A stretch of 44,170 nucleotides of DNA from an uncultured Bacillota bacterium. GTDB taxonomy: Bacteria > Bacillota > Sulfobacillia > JAMDAP01. A program made the position numbers and the translations under genes. Shown here piece by piece: positions 28,976 to 37,921 of the stretch. Position 1 is the stretch's first letter. Each line of letters opens with the position of its first letter. The stretch covers positions 1-44,170 of the forward strand of contig CALMNP010000417.1 in the NCBI GenBank assembly GCA_937868875.1, in the 5' to 3' direction. Under the pieces are notes generated by a model that had not been told where the DNA came from, made no database searches, and worked only from the letters and a program-made list of their open reading frames with translations.

Positions 28976-28988
28976 GGAGGGGTAGCAC

Positions 28989-29360
28989 GTGAGCCTTGAC
29001 CCACTGGGCGCCGCTCGGTCCGCCCTTGCCGCCGCCGCTTCCCGGCCCGCGGTTGGTCCAACGTCTGCTGCCGCGCCCCGCTCCGCCGCCGGCATGGAAC
29101 CGGCCGAGGCGGCCGGGCTGAAGGACGCCTGCCAGCAGTTTGAGGCCCTCTTCCTGCAGCAACTGCTGAAGGAAGCCCGGGCGGGAGCGGCCGCCCTCTC
29201 GGGGGAGAAGCGCTCCTTTGACCGGGAGGTCTACGAGGGCTGGCAGGACGAGCAATTCGCCAGCGCCATGAGCGGCTCAGGCGGCATTGGCCTGGCCGAG
29301 ATGCTGTACCGGCAACTGGGCGGGGTGAACGCCTCCCCGCCCCGTGGGAGGGACGTATGA
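28989..29360 (+). CDS. rod-binding (FlgJ N-terminal-like) protein
   Basis: [18 protein letters not shown] ... [13 protein letters not shown] matches the Rod_binding domain pattern. Confidence 0.7.
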   Translation: MSLDPLGAARSALAAAASRPAVGPTSAAAPRSAAGMEPAEAAGLKDACQQFEALFLQQLLKEARAGAAALSGEKRSFDREVYEGWQDEQFASAMSGSGGIGLAEMLYRQLGGVNASPPRGRDV

Positions 29361-29800
29361 ACACTCAGGAAATCATGGGCATCCTACCCCACCGGCCGCC
29401 GTTCCTGCTGGTCGACCAGGTGCTGGAACTGGACCCGGGCAAGCGGGCCGTAGGCCTGAAGAGCGTGACGGTCAACGAGCCCTTCTTTGCCGGGCATTTC
29501 CCCGGTTTTCCCGTCATGCCGGGCGTTCTCATCGTGGAGGCTATGGCCCAGGTCGGGGCTGTGGCGCTCCTTTCGCTGGAGGAGTACCGCGGCCGCATTG
29601 CCCTCTTCGCCGGCATCGACGGCGCCCGCTTCCGGCGGCAGGTGGTGCCGGGCGATCAGCTTCGCATGGAGGTCACCCTGGACCGCATCCGCGGCACCCT
29701 GGGCAAGGGCTCAGGCAAGGCCTGGGTCGGCGAGCAGCTGGCGGCCGAGGCCCAGCTTCTCTTTGCCATCGGCCCCGCCGCGGAGGGCGCGCAGAAGTAA
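29357..29800 (+). CDS. fabZ: 3-hydroxyacyl-ACP dehydratase
   Basis: [12 protein letters not shown] ... [30 protein letters not shown] overlap at 29357..29360. Confidence 0.95.
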   Translation: MNTQEIMGILPHRPPFLLVDQVLELDPGKRAVGLKSVTVNEPFFAGHFPGFPVMPGVLIVEAMAQVGAVALLSLEEYRGRIALFAGIDGARFRRQVVPGDQLRMEVTLDRIRGTLGKGSGKAWVGEQLAAEAQLLFAIGPAAEGAQK

Positions 29801-29857
29801 GGCCAAGGGGCCAAACCTGGCCGGGGCGCACGTCCGGAACGGCGCCGGCGGGGTTCG

Positions 29858-29887
29858 TTGACAATTTCCGGCGGTGGATGCTACACT
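29858..29887 (+). promoter_or_regulatory. sigma-A promoter of the SAM-riboswitch operon
   Basis: TTGACA (29858..29863), 18 nt, TACACT (29882..29887), with TG at 29879..29880 (extended -10). Confidence 0.55.
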
Positions 29888-29912
29888 GGCTCTAGCCTCA
29901 ACAACTGCATGG

Positions 29913-30049
29913 CTCATCTAGAGAGGACGAGGGACTGGCCCGATGACGCCTCGACAACCGGCCGCACCTTCCGCGGTACGGTGCCAATTCCAGCAGATGA
30001 GACGAGGACGCGCGTCCTGGACCTCTTCAACGGAAGGGGTTTTTTCTTT
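29913..30049 (+). promoter_or_regulatory. SAM-I (S-box) riboswitch with terminator
   Basis: P1 is CTCATCT (29913..29919) / AGATGAG (29995..30001). The conserved core reads AGAGAGGACGAGGGACTGGCCCGATGACGCC...CAACC...GGTGCCAATTCCAGCAGATGAG. A hairpin CCTCTTC-AACG-GAAGGGG (30022..30039) plus TTTTTTCTTT (30040..30049) follows. Confidence 0.85.
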
Positions 30050-30085
30050 GTCCGGCCTGGCCTCACAGCAGAGGGGGTGCGGTCC

Positions 30086-30730
30086 GTGCTCCTGACCGTG
30101 GACGCCGCCGGCGTACTGCCGTCAGCCGCCGCCGTCCTGAGGTTGTTGGACCGCCGCCAGGCAGGCGGCGTGGCCGATGAGGTCCTACAGGCGGTTGAGG
30201 CCGCGCTGCACCGAGCGCCCGAGCAGATGACGCCGCGGGTCGTCTGGACCACGCGGCCCCTGGCGGTACAGCAAGGCCATCTGGTGGTCCTGGGCCGGTC
30301 CAGGGGGGAGAGCCCTCTCCGCTGGAGCCGGGACGGAGTTCCGTCACACCTGGCGGCAGCGGGGCAGGTCAGCCTGGCCGTGGTCACCCTGGGGCCTGAG
30401 CTGGAGGACGAGTCCACGGCGGCCTTTCGTCGCGGCGAGTACCTGCTGGGGCTGGCCCTGGATGCGGTGGGCACCGGAGCGGTGCACCGCCTCATGGCCT
30501 GGACTCGAGCCAGGGTGCGCGCCGAGGCGCGTGCGGCCGGGTTCGACGCCGGGGTGCCGGCGGGTCCGGGCTATGACCGTTGGCCCCTGGACGACCTGCC
30601 CGCCGTTGCGGCGGCTGCTGGAGGGCCCCTGGCCGGTGTGACGGTGACGTCGGGGCTGATGCTGGACCCGGGTAAGAGCCTGTGCCGGGTCATACCCTGG
30701 CTGATGGAGAAAAGGGGGGGAAGGCCTTGA
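30086..30730 (+). CDS. vitamin-B12-dependent methionine synthase activation-domain protein (stand-alone)
   Basis: The C-terminal pattern PGYDRWPLDDLPAV...GVTVTSGLMLDPGKSLCRVI resembles stand-alone Met_synt_B12 activation proteins (~215 aa). GAGGGGG lies 8 nt before GTG 30086. Upstream codons of the track ORF run through the riboswitch. Confidence 0.7.
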   Translation: MLLTVDAAGVLPSAAAVLRLLDRRQAGGVADEVLQAVEAALHRAPEQMTPRVVWTTRPLAVQQGHLVVLGRSRGESPLRWSRDGVPSHLAAAGQVSLAVVTLGPELEDESTAAFRRGEYLLGLALDAVGTGAVHRLMAWTRARVRAEARAAGFDAGVPAGPGYDRWPLDDLPAVAAAAGGPLAGVTVTSGLMLDPGKSLCRVIPWLMEKRGGRP

Positions 30731-33291
30731 CGCGTTTGCTGGAGTGGCTGACGGACCGGCGGGTGCTGGTGCTGGACGGCGCCATGGGCACGATGCTGCA
30801 GGCGCAGGGCCTGCCGCCGGGCGGTTCCCCCGAACGATGGGTTCTGGAGGCCCCTGACCGCATCGAGGCCATTCATCGCGCCTACCAGGAAGCCGGCGCG
30901 GACCTGGTGGAGACCAACACCTTCGGCGGCAGCCGGCCCAAACTGGCCGAGTACGGCCTGGAGGGACGGGTTCGCGACATCAACGCCCGAGCCGTGGAGC
31001 TGGCCCGCCGCGCGGTGGGCGTAAGGGCCCTGGTCGCCGGCTCCATCGGGCCGACGGGCCTCTTCCTGGAGCCCCTCGGGCCCCTGTCCTTCGACCTCGC
31101 CGTAGAGATCTTCGCCGAACAGGCGAGGGCCTTTGAGGAGGCGGGGGCGGACGCGGTCATCATTGAAACCATGGCGGACCTGGCCGAGATCCGGGCCGCC
31201 GTCATCGCCGTCAACTCGACCACCTCTCTGCCGGTCATCGCCCAGATGACCTTTGACCCGGGCGGCCGCACCTTCGCCGGCACCGACCCGGCGGCGGCGG
31301 TGGCCACCCTGGAGGGGCTGGGGGTCGCCGTCCTCGGCGCCAACTGCTCCCTCGGGCCGAAGGAGCTCTTTCCCGTAGCCCAGCAGCTGGTACGGCTGGC
31401 TAAAGTACCTGTCAGCATCCTGCCCAACGCCGGTCTGCCCGTCCTGGAGGATGGCATCACCCGCTTCCCGGAGCGGCCCGATTCCTTCGCCGACTGGGGC
31501 CGCCGTCTGGCGGAGGCCGGTGTGCGGCTGGTGGGCGGCTGCTGCGGGACCACGCCCGACCACATTCGCGCCCTTCGGGCCGCGGTGGAGGCGGTTCGCG
31601 ACCGGGTACAGCCCCTCCCCACGAAGACCACACCGGCGTCCGCAGTGGCCAGCCGCATTCGCGCCGTGGAGTTCAGCGATGCCGCAGGGCCCATCATCAT
31701 CGGCGAGCGCATCAACCCCACTTCGCGGAAGAAGCTGGCCGCCGACATCCGCGAGGGCCGGTTCGCCCTGGTGCGAGCCGAGGCCCGCTCGCAGCTGGCG
31801 GCGGGGGCTCACCTGCTGGACGTGAACGTAGGCGTTCCGGCCATCGACGAGGCACCGGCCATGCGGGCCGCGGTGACAGCGGTGCAGCAGGCTGTAGACG
31901 CCCCCCTGTGCCTGGATTCCCCGGACCCCCTGGCCCTGGAGGCAGGCCTCAAGGTCTACGTAGGGCGGCCGCTCCTCAATTCGGTCACCGCCGAAGAGGA
32001 GCGCCTTGCCCGGGTGCTGCCCCTGGTCAAGAAATACGGGGCCATGGTTATCGCCCTGGCCCTGGATGATTCCGGCATTCCCATGACCGCCGAGGGGCGC
32101 CTGGCAGCGGCCCGCAAGATTGTGGAGCGGGCCGAGGCCATGGGTATCCCCCGCCAGTACCTGCTGGTCGACTGCCTGGTGTTGACAGCCGGGGCCCAGG
32201 CGCGCGAGGCCATGGAGACGCCGCGGGCCATCCGCCTGGTCAAGGAAGAACTGGGTGTACGCACTGTCTTGGGCATCAGCAACATCTCCTTCGGCCTGCC
32301 GGCTCGGGAACTGCTGACGTCCAGCTACCTCACCGTCAACCTGGCCTACGGCCTGGACGCGGCCATCGCCAATCCCCTGGAGCCGCGGGTCTGGGAGTCG
32401 GTGCGGAGCGCCCGTCTCCTGCTGGGGCGCGACCCTGACGCCGGCGAGTACCTGGCCTTCGCCCGCCCCTGGGCGGAAGCGCGCGCAACTCAGGCAGCAG
32501 CGGGAGCCCCGGCTTCGGCGACTGCAGCCGCGCCTGCTGCCGCGGCGCCCCGGGCCGGGCCGCGCCCGCTGCAGGGGGCGGCGGCGCCGGAGTTTGCCCG
32601 ACTGGGCCCGCTGGAACAGAACCCACTGGCCCGCAGCCTCTTCCAGGCCGTGCTGGAGGGGAACCGCGAGGGCATCCTCCCCCTGACCGAGCAGGCCCTG
32701 GAGCAAGGCGTCGGCCCAATGGACATTCTGAACGGGATGCTCATCCCCGCCATCGAGGACGTGGGGGACAAGTTCGGAGCCGGCATCTTCTTCCTGCCGC
32801 AGCTGATGCTGTCGGCGGAGGCGATGAAGAGGGCCTTCCACCGGCTGAAACCGGAGCTGGAGAAGCTGAAGGACGGCCGGGCGGAACGCGGCCGCGTAGT
32901 CCTGGCCACCGTGGAGGGCGACATCCACGATATTGGCAAGAATATCGTCGCAGTCTTGCTTGAGAATCACGGATTTCGGGTGATGGACCTGGGCAAGAGC
33001 GTGCCGGCAGACCGCATCCTGCAGGCCGCCCGGAGCGAGGAAGCAGACCTCATCGGCCTGTCCGCCCTCATGACCACCACCATGCCGCGCATGCGGGACG
33101 TGGTGCAGAAGGTATCGCAGCAGGGCCTGCCGGTGCAGGTGATGATCGGCGGCGCAGTAACCACCGAGTCCTACGCCCGGCAGATTGGAGCCCACGGCTA
33201 CGGCAAAGATGCCCGAGCCGCCGTGGACCTGGCCAAACGTCTTACCGGTGAGCCGGCGGGGTCTTCAGCGCCGGCGGACGCCGCATCCTAG
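30727..33291 (+). CDS. metH: methionine synthase (homocysteine S-methyltransferase + pterin-binding + B12-binding domains, no activation domain)
   Basis: VLVLDGAMGTML and GGCCGTTPDHI (Hcy domain). IIGERINPT... (pterin domain). B12 motif GDIHDIGKNIV and SALMTTTM. TTG 30727 overlaps the upstream stop (TTGA). Confidence 0.92.
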   Translation: MTRLLEWLTDRRVLVLDGAMGTMLQAQGLPPGGSPERWVLEAPDRIEAIHRAYQEAGADLVETNTFGGSRPKLAEYGLEGRVRDINARAVELARRAVGVRALVAGSIGPTGLFLEPLGPLSFDLAVEIFAEQARAFEEAGADAVIIETMADLAEIRAAVIAVNSTTSLPVIAQMTFDPGGRTFAGTDPAAAVATLEGLGVAVLGANCSLGPKELFPVAQQLVRLAKVPVSILPNAGLPVLEDGITRFPERPDSFADWGRRLAEAGVRLVGGCCGTTPDHIRALRAAVEAVRDRVQPLPTKTTPASAVASRIRAVEFSDAAGPIIIGERINPTSRKKLAADIREGRFALVRAEARSQLAAGAHLLDVNVGVPAIDEAPAMRAAVTAVQQAVDAPLCLDSPDPLALEAGLKVYVGRPLLNSVTAEEERLARVLPLVKKYGAMVIALALDDSGIPMTAEGRLAAARKIVERAEAMGIPRQYLLVDCLVLTAGAQAREAMETPRAIRLVKEELGVRTVLGISNISFGLPARELLTSSYLTVNLAYGLDAAIANPLEPRVWESVRSARLLLGRDPDAGEYLAFARPWAEARATQAAAGAPASATAAAPAAAAPRAGPRPLQGAAAPEFARLGPLEQNPLARSLFQAVLEGNREGILPLTEQALEQGVGPMDILNGMLIPAIEDVGDKFGAGIFFLPQLMLSAEAMKRAFHRLKPELEKLKDGRAERGRVVLATVEGDIHDIGKNIVAVLLENHGFRVMDLGKSVPADRILQAARSEEADLIGLSALMTTTMPRMRDVVQKVSQQGLPVQVMIGGAVTTESYARQIGAHGYGKDARAAVDLAKRLTGEPAGSSAPADAAS

Positions 33292-33351
33292 CCAGCCTGC
33301 AACCCCGAACTCCGACGCCGTTGCGTCATGGACCAGAGGAGGAAGAAAAAC

Positions 33352-34590
33352 GTGACCAAGCGCGTACTGTTCACGTCCGAGTCGGTAACCGAAGGCCATC
33401 CTGACAAGATGGCCGACCAGATTTCGGACGCCATTCTGGACGCCATCCTGGCCAGGGACCCGGATGCGCGGGTGGCCTGCGAGACCTTCGTCACCACAGG
33501 TATGGCGCTGGTCGGTGGCGAGATCTCCACCACCTGCTACGTGGATATTCCCAAGATCATTCGCGACACCGTTCGGGGCATCGGCTACACCCGGGCCAAG
33601 TACGGGTTCGACGGTTCCACCTGCGCCGTGCTGACCTCCATTGATGAACAGTCCCCGGACATCGCCCTGGGGGTCAACCAGGCCCTGGAGGCGAAGGAAG
33701 GCAGCGAGTCCTTCCAGGACGTCGAAGCTCTGGGCGCCGGCGATCAAGGCATGATGTTCGGCTTCGCCTGCGACGAGACCCCTGAACTGATGCCCATGCC
33801 CATCGCCCTGGCGCACACGCTGGCCCGCCGTCTGGCCGAGGTGCGCAAGTCGCGCCTCCTCACCTACCTGCGGCCCGACGGCAAGACCCAGGTAACCGTC
33901 GAATATGTGGACGGCCGGCCCACGCGCGTGGACACCGTGCTCATTTCCACCCAGCACCATCCCGAAGTCTCTCAGGACACCATCCGCCGAGACCTGGTGG
34001 AGCACGTGATTCGCCCCGTCGTTCCGGCGCGCCTTTTGGACGATAGGACCCGGATTCTGGTGAACCCCACCGGCCGGTTCGTGGTGGGCGGCCCCCAGGG
34101 CGACTCCGGCCTCACCGGTCGCAAGATCATCGTTGATACGTATGGCGGGTATGCCCGCCACGGCGGCGGCGCCTTCTCCGGCAAGGATCCCACCAAGGTG
34201 GACCGTTCCGCCGCCTACGCCGCCCGCTGGGTGGCCAAGAACGTGGTGGCAGCGGGCCTGGCCTCCAAGTGCGAGATTCAGGTGGCCTACGCCATCGGCG
34301 TGGCCCATCCGGTCTCGGTCCTGGTGGAGACCTTCGGAACCAGCGTCATTCCGGAGGACCAGATCGCGCACCTCGTACAGGAGCACTTCGACCTCCGGCC
34401 GGCCGCCATCATTCGCGACCTGAACCTGCGCCGGCCCATCTACCAGCGGACGGCGGCTTACGGCCACTTCGGCCGAACCGACGTGGATCTGCCCTGGGAG
34501 CATACGGACCGCGCCGACGCCCTGCGCCAGGCCGCCGGCCTGTCTGGGTCCGCTCCCCTGGCGCGTGAAGCCGCCCCTGCCCGGCAGTAA
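33352..34590 (+). CDS. metK: S-adenosylmethionine synthetase
   Basis: [60 protein letters not shown] lies 8 nt before GTG 33352. Confidence 0.96.
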   Translation: MTKRVLFTSESVTEGHPDKMADQISDAILDAILARDPDARVACETFVTTGMALVGGEISTTCYVDIPKIIRDTVRGIGYTRAKYGFDGSTCAVLTSIDEQSPDIALGVNQALEAKEGSESFQDVEALGAGDQGMMFGFACDETPELMPMPIALAHTLARRLAEVRKSRLLTYLRPDGKTQVTVEYVDGRPTRVDTVLISTQHHPEVSQDTIRRDLVEHVIRPVVPARLLDDRTRILVNPTGRFVVGGPQGDSGLTGRKIIVDTYGGYARHGGGAFSGKDPTKVDRSAAYAARWVAKNVVAAGLASKCEIQVAYAIGVAHPVSVLVETFGTSVIPEDQIAHLVQEHFDLRPAAIIRDLNLRRPIYQRTAAYGHFGRTDVDLPWEHTDRADALRQAAGLSGSAPLAREAAPARQ

Positions 34591-34745
34591 ACTTGAGTTC
34601 CGACCCCACGAGGAGGGCCCCGCGCCGTGCACGCAGGGCCCTTGGCGTGTTCCGGTTTCGTCTTTTCCCCGCCGGGAATAGGATGGCAGCAGGCGCCCGT
34701 CCGCCGGCGTTCCGGCGGCCCCGGGGGCGGGGAGGAAGGTCAGGT

Positions 34746-35243
34746 ATGAATCTGGTGCTGCAAGGCCTGATGGTCTTCCTGGCCACGTACGGCCTTCTGG
34801 TGCTGGTTGCGGACTTCGGCCAGAGCCTTCATGCCTGGAGCCGCAGCCGACGGCTGCCCTTCGTCAGCCTGGTCCTTCTCGTGCGTGACCAGGAGGCCAC
34901 GGTGGAAGGCCTGGTGACGGATATTCTGTCGATTGACTACCGTTCGGCCCGGGGGTCGCCCAACTACGAGCTGGTCGTGGTGGATGACCGCTCTCTAGAC
35001 AGCACGCCGACTATTTTGGAGCGCCTCGCTCAGCAGCACGCCGCCCTTCGGGTAGTTCGGCTCGGCGAGGCAGGCAGCCCCGGCCAGACCGCAGCCGACC
35101 TGGGCTTGTTCCTCAGCCACAGCCCGGCCGCCCTGGTGCTGGATGCCCGCATGCGTCATGCCGATTCGCGTCTCCTGGAGGCCGCCGAGTACCTCCTTGG
35201 CCGGCGGCGGACCCCGCCGGGTCCGACCGGCCTGCCGAATTGA
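34746..35243 (+). CDS. small membrane-anchored protein with a glycosyltransferase-2-like N-terminal half
   Basis: TM segment LMVFLATYGLLVLVADF, then VSLVLLVRDQEATVEGLV...YELVVVDDRSLDSTPTILERLA (GT2-like beta-alpha start). Only 165 aa. GGAGGAAGG lies upstream of ATG 34746. Confidence 0.5.
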   Translation: MNLVLQGLMVFLATYGLLVLVADFGQSLHAWSRSRRLPFVSLVLLVRDQEATVEGLVTDILSIDYRSARGSPNYELVVVDDRSLDSTPTILERLAQQHAALRVVRLGEAGSPGQTAADLGLFLSHSPAALVLDARMRHADSRLLEAAEYLLGRRRTPPGPTGLPN

Positions 35244-35332
35244 CGCACAGGGGAAGGAAGAAACAGGAGGGCTGACGAATAGTGCCGCAGTAGATGGGGG
35301 ACCCCTGTCGTTCGGTGCGGGAGGTGAGCGGT

Positions 35333-36475
35333 ATGCAGCGGCTACCCGTGGCCCGGCTCCGGTCGGGCATGGTCGTGGCGCGGCCCATCGTAGGTTCCAG
35401 CGGCCAAATGCTGCTGTCCACCGGCACCGTGCTAAACGAGACGTACATCCACCGGCTCAAGGAGAAGGGCATTCCTTCTATCTATATCCAGGAGCAGGCC
35501 CCGGAGCTGACCGTCCAGGTGGACGACGTCATCTCCGACAAGTCGCGCCTCCGGGCCAACGTAGCGGTCCGAGACCTGATGAAGGACGTCAAGACCGAGT
35601 TAGCCGTGGCGCGCCGCGGCTTCGTCACCCTGAATGACGTCCAGGTCCGCAAGTCCGTCAACTCCCTGGTAGATGAGCTGCTCACCAACCGGGATATCGC
35701 CGTCAACCTGGCCGATATTCGCTCCCTGGACAACTACACCTTCGGCCACTCGGTCCAGGTGGGGGTGCTGGCCATTCTAACCGGCATCACCATGGGCTAC
35801 GACCACTTGAGGCTCCGCGACCTGGGCATCGGCGCCATCCTGCATGACATCGGCATCACCCGCGTCCCGGAGGCCATCGCCACCAAGACGGGCGCCCTGA
35901 CGCCGGAAGAGATGGCCGAGATGCAGAAGCACTGCGAGTATGGCTTCGACATCCTGCGCTACCAGCCGAACCTCAGCATCCTCTCGGCTCACGTGGCCTA
36001 TCAACACCACGAGAGGCACAACGGCGAGGGCTACCCCCGCGGCCTGAAGGGCGACGAGATCCAGGAGTACGCCCGCATCGTGGCCATTGCCGAGCAATAC
36101 GACTCGCTCATCTCCGACCGTCCCTGGCGGGCCGCCCACCTGCCGCACGAGGCGGTGGAGATCATCGCCGGCGGCGGCGACTATTACTTTGACTACCGGG
36201 TGGTCAAGCCTTTCCTGGAGAACGTCGCCGTCTATCCCGTGGGCACCTTGGTGGAACTGAACGACGGTACCCGCGGCGTGGTCACCCAGGTACAGAAGGG
36301 CCTGACGCTCCGGCCGTCCATCCGCCTGCTCCGCTACGAGGACGGCACGGCCATCAAGCCGCCCATCGAGGTCCGCCTTCTGGACCACCCGACCCTGCTG
36401 GTTTCGCGGGTTCTGACCGACCCTTCCGACGTGCTCCCTGCCGGGCAGGTCGCTCAGGGCGGCGGCTCCAGCTGA
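35333..36475 (+). CDS. HD-GYP domain protein (putative c-di-GMP phosphodiesterase)
   Basis: HSVQV...ILHDIG (HD) and HHERHNGEGYPRGL (GYP). GGAGGTG lies 6 nt before ATG 35333. Confidence 0.88.
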   Translation: MQRLPVARLRSGMVVARPIVGSSGQMLLSTGTVLNETYIHRLKEKGIPSIYIQEQAPELTVQVDDVISDKSRLRANVAVRDLMKDVKTELAVARRGFVTLNDVQVRKSVNSLVDELLTNRDIAVNLADIRSLDNYTFGHSVQVGVLAILTGITMGYDHLRLRDLGIGAILHDIGITRVPEAIATKTGALTPEEMAEMQKHCEYGFDILRYQPNLSILSAHVAYQHHERHNGEGYPRGLKGDEIQEYARIVAIAEQYDSLISDRPWRAAHLPHEAVEIIAGGGDYYFDYRVVKPFLENVAVYPVGTLVELNDGTRGVVTQVQKGLTLRPSIRLLRYEDGTAIKPPIEVRLLDHPTLLVSRVLTDPSDVLPAGQVAQGGGSS

Positions 36476-37203
36476 TGTCCTCGCCGTCCCTGATGCCGCT
36501 GCTGTCTCTGCTGTCCGACCTTCGGACCGGCCTGGTCCGGCTGTTCTGGCCGGAGAGGCCCGGCTGCCTCTGGTGCGGGGAGCCGCTCGCGGCAAGCGTG
36601 GTGCCCGACAGACTTTGTCCGACCTGCCGCGGCACCGTGACGCGGGCTCCTATTGCCGGCAGATCCCGTGAGCCCCTGGCTTCCGTCGCCGCCGTCGGTC
36701 CCTACGAGGGTGGGCTGGCCCAGGCTATCCGCGACCTGAAATACCGGCGCCGCCGGTCCCTGGTTCCTTCTCTGGGACAGGCCCTGGCCGGGGCGGTGGC
36801 AGGTGCCCGCCTCGCCGCCCAGCCGGCGGCCAGGGACGGTCAGCCCGTGGGCAAGCCGGTCCTGGTGCCAGTGCCGCTGCACGCCCGGCGCTTCCGAGAA
36901 CGCGGTTTCAACCAGTCGGAGCTGCTGGGCCGGGAGGTTTCGCGCCTGCTCGGCTGGCCCCTTGAGGGGCAATCCCTGCTGCGGGTCCGCGCCACGCGCC
37001 GCCAGGCCCGACTTGGGCGGAGCCAGCGGGAGCAGAACCTGAACGGCGCGTTTTCCGTCCGACCGGGCTGGGCCGCTCCGGGCCACGTGGTCCTGATTGA
37101 CGACGTATACACCACGGGGGCGACCGCCTCCGCCTGCGCCGAAGCTCTGGTCCGGGCCGGGGCCCGGCGGGTGGACATTGTGACCCTGGCCATTGAACGG
37201 TAG
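36475..37203 (+). CDS. comFC: ComF family phosphoribosyltransferase-like competence protein
   Basis: N-terminal zinc-finger cysteines CLWCGE...CPTCR and PRT motif VVLIDDVYTTGATA. The start overlaps the upstream stop by 1 nt. Confidence 0.85.
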   Translation: MSSPSLMPLLSLLSDLRTGLVRLFWPERPGCLWCGEPLAASVVPDRLCPTCRGTVTRAPIAGRSREPLASVAAVGPYEGGLAQAIRDLKYRRRRSLVPSLGQALAGAVAGARLAAQPAARDGQPVGKPVLVPVPLHARRFRERGFNQSELLGREVSRLLGWPLEGQSLLRVRATRRQARLGRSQREQNLNGAFSVRPGWAAPGHVVLIDDVYTTGATASACAEALVRAGARRVDIVTLAIER

Positions 37204-37233
37204 AAGCTCTGGAATAAACGGGGAGGCGAGACG

Positions 37234-37641
37234 GTGGATATTCGCAACTGTCCGCAGTGCGGGCGCATCTTTCAGTACGGGGGCCGAAACCTCTGCCCGG
37301 CCTGCGTTCAGCAGGAGGACGCGCTCTTCGAGAAGGTGCGGGCGTACCTCCACGAGCACGAGGGGGCTTCCGTCGACGAGATCTCGGAGGCGACCGAGGT
37401 AGAACCCAAGAAAATCATGCACTTGCTGCGCGAGGGGCGCCTGCAGGTCAGGGACGGCTCCCTCTCGGGGCTCTATTGCGAGTCCTGCGGCGCGCCAGTG
37501 CCGGGCGGCCGGTTGTGCTCCAAATGCGCCAAGGTCCTGGAGAAGGAAGTGGAGCAGAACTTGCAGGAGTGGGAAGGTCCCCGCGGTAATAGCTGGGGTA
37601 TGCACAGCCAGGAGGGCAGGCGCAAGGAGCCGCTCAAGTAA
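37234..37641 (+). CDS. yvyF: flagellar operon protein YvyF (TIGR03826-type)
   Basis: CPQCGRIF...CPACVQQE at the N-terminus, CESCG...CSKC at the C-terminus, and a position between comFC and flgM, as in B. subtilis. Confidence 0.75.
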   Translation: MDIRNCPQCGRIFQYGGRNLCPACVQQEDALFEKVRAYLHEHEGASVDEISEATEVEPKKIMHLLREGRLQVRDGSLSGLYCESCGAPVPGGRLCSKCAKVLEKEVEQNLQEWEGPRGNSWGMHSQEGRRKEPLK

Positions 37642-37693
37642 CGTTGCTTGCGGGGGTCTGCCTGAACTACGCTCTAACGAATTCGGTTCGTGT

Positions 37694-37727
37694 GCCCTCT
37701 TCCATGGAAGGGGGCATTGCCCTTTTC
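37694..37727 (+). terminator. terminator-like hairpin after yvyF
   Basis: GCCCTCTTCC / GGAAGGGGGC (one G-U pair) followed by ATTGCCCTTTTC. Confidence 0.45.
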
Positions 37728-37921
37728 AGGGAAGGATTCCCTCAACCCGAGGACGAAGTAAGTACACCTGTCGATTTCGGGCACTTGGGGTGGAAGTCGG
37801 TGCGCCATAGAGCAAAAGGGAGATTTCGCCCCTCTGTCGCCTGTGACCGGCCCAAACCGCCCTCAACATTGCCCGGCGGACCCTCGATTCCTTGGGTAGC
37901 AAGGTTTGTGGGGTGATCCAA

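Noticed and set aside
29858-30085. N-terminal 76 codons of ORF-track entry 29858..30730
   Set aside because: This stretch contains the promoter, the SAM-I aptamer and the terminator T-run. The real CDS most likely starts at GTG 30086.
30571-33195. 874-aa minus-strand ORF opposite metH
   Set aside because: A mirror of the metH coding frame with no motifs. MetH on the plus strand has all domain signatures.
37644-37916. 90-aa plus-strand ORF in the yvyF-flgM gap, and a GGTTCG element near 37686 that briefly looked like a tRNA T-arm
   Set aside because: The ORF has no SD, runs through a terminator-like hairpin and has atypical composition. No acceptor stem or cloverleaf can be drawn around the GGTTCG, and the candidate region is too short (<65 nt).
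37730-37921. Possible c-di-GMP (GEMM) or other riboswitch upstream of flgM
   Set aside because: I found only isolated GCAAA/CCAAACC fragments. The conserved GEMM-I helices and tetraloop-receptor pattern could not be aligned by eye. An Rfam scan is needed to be certain.
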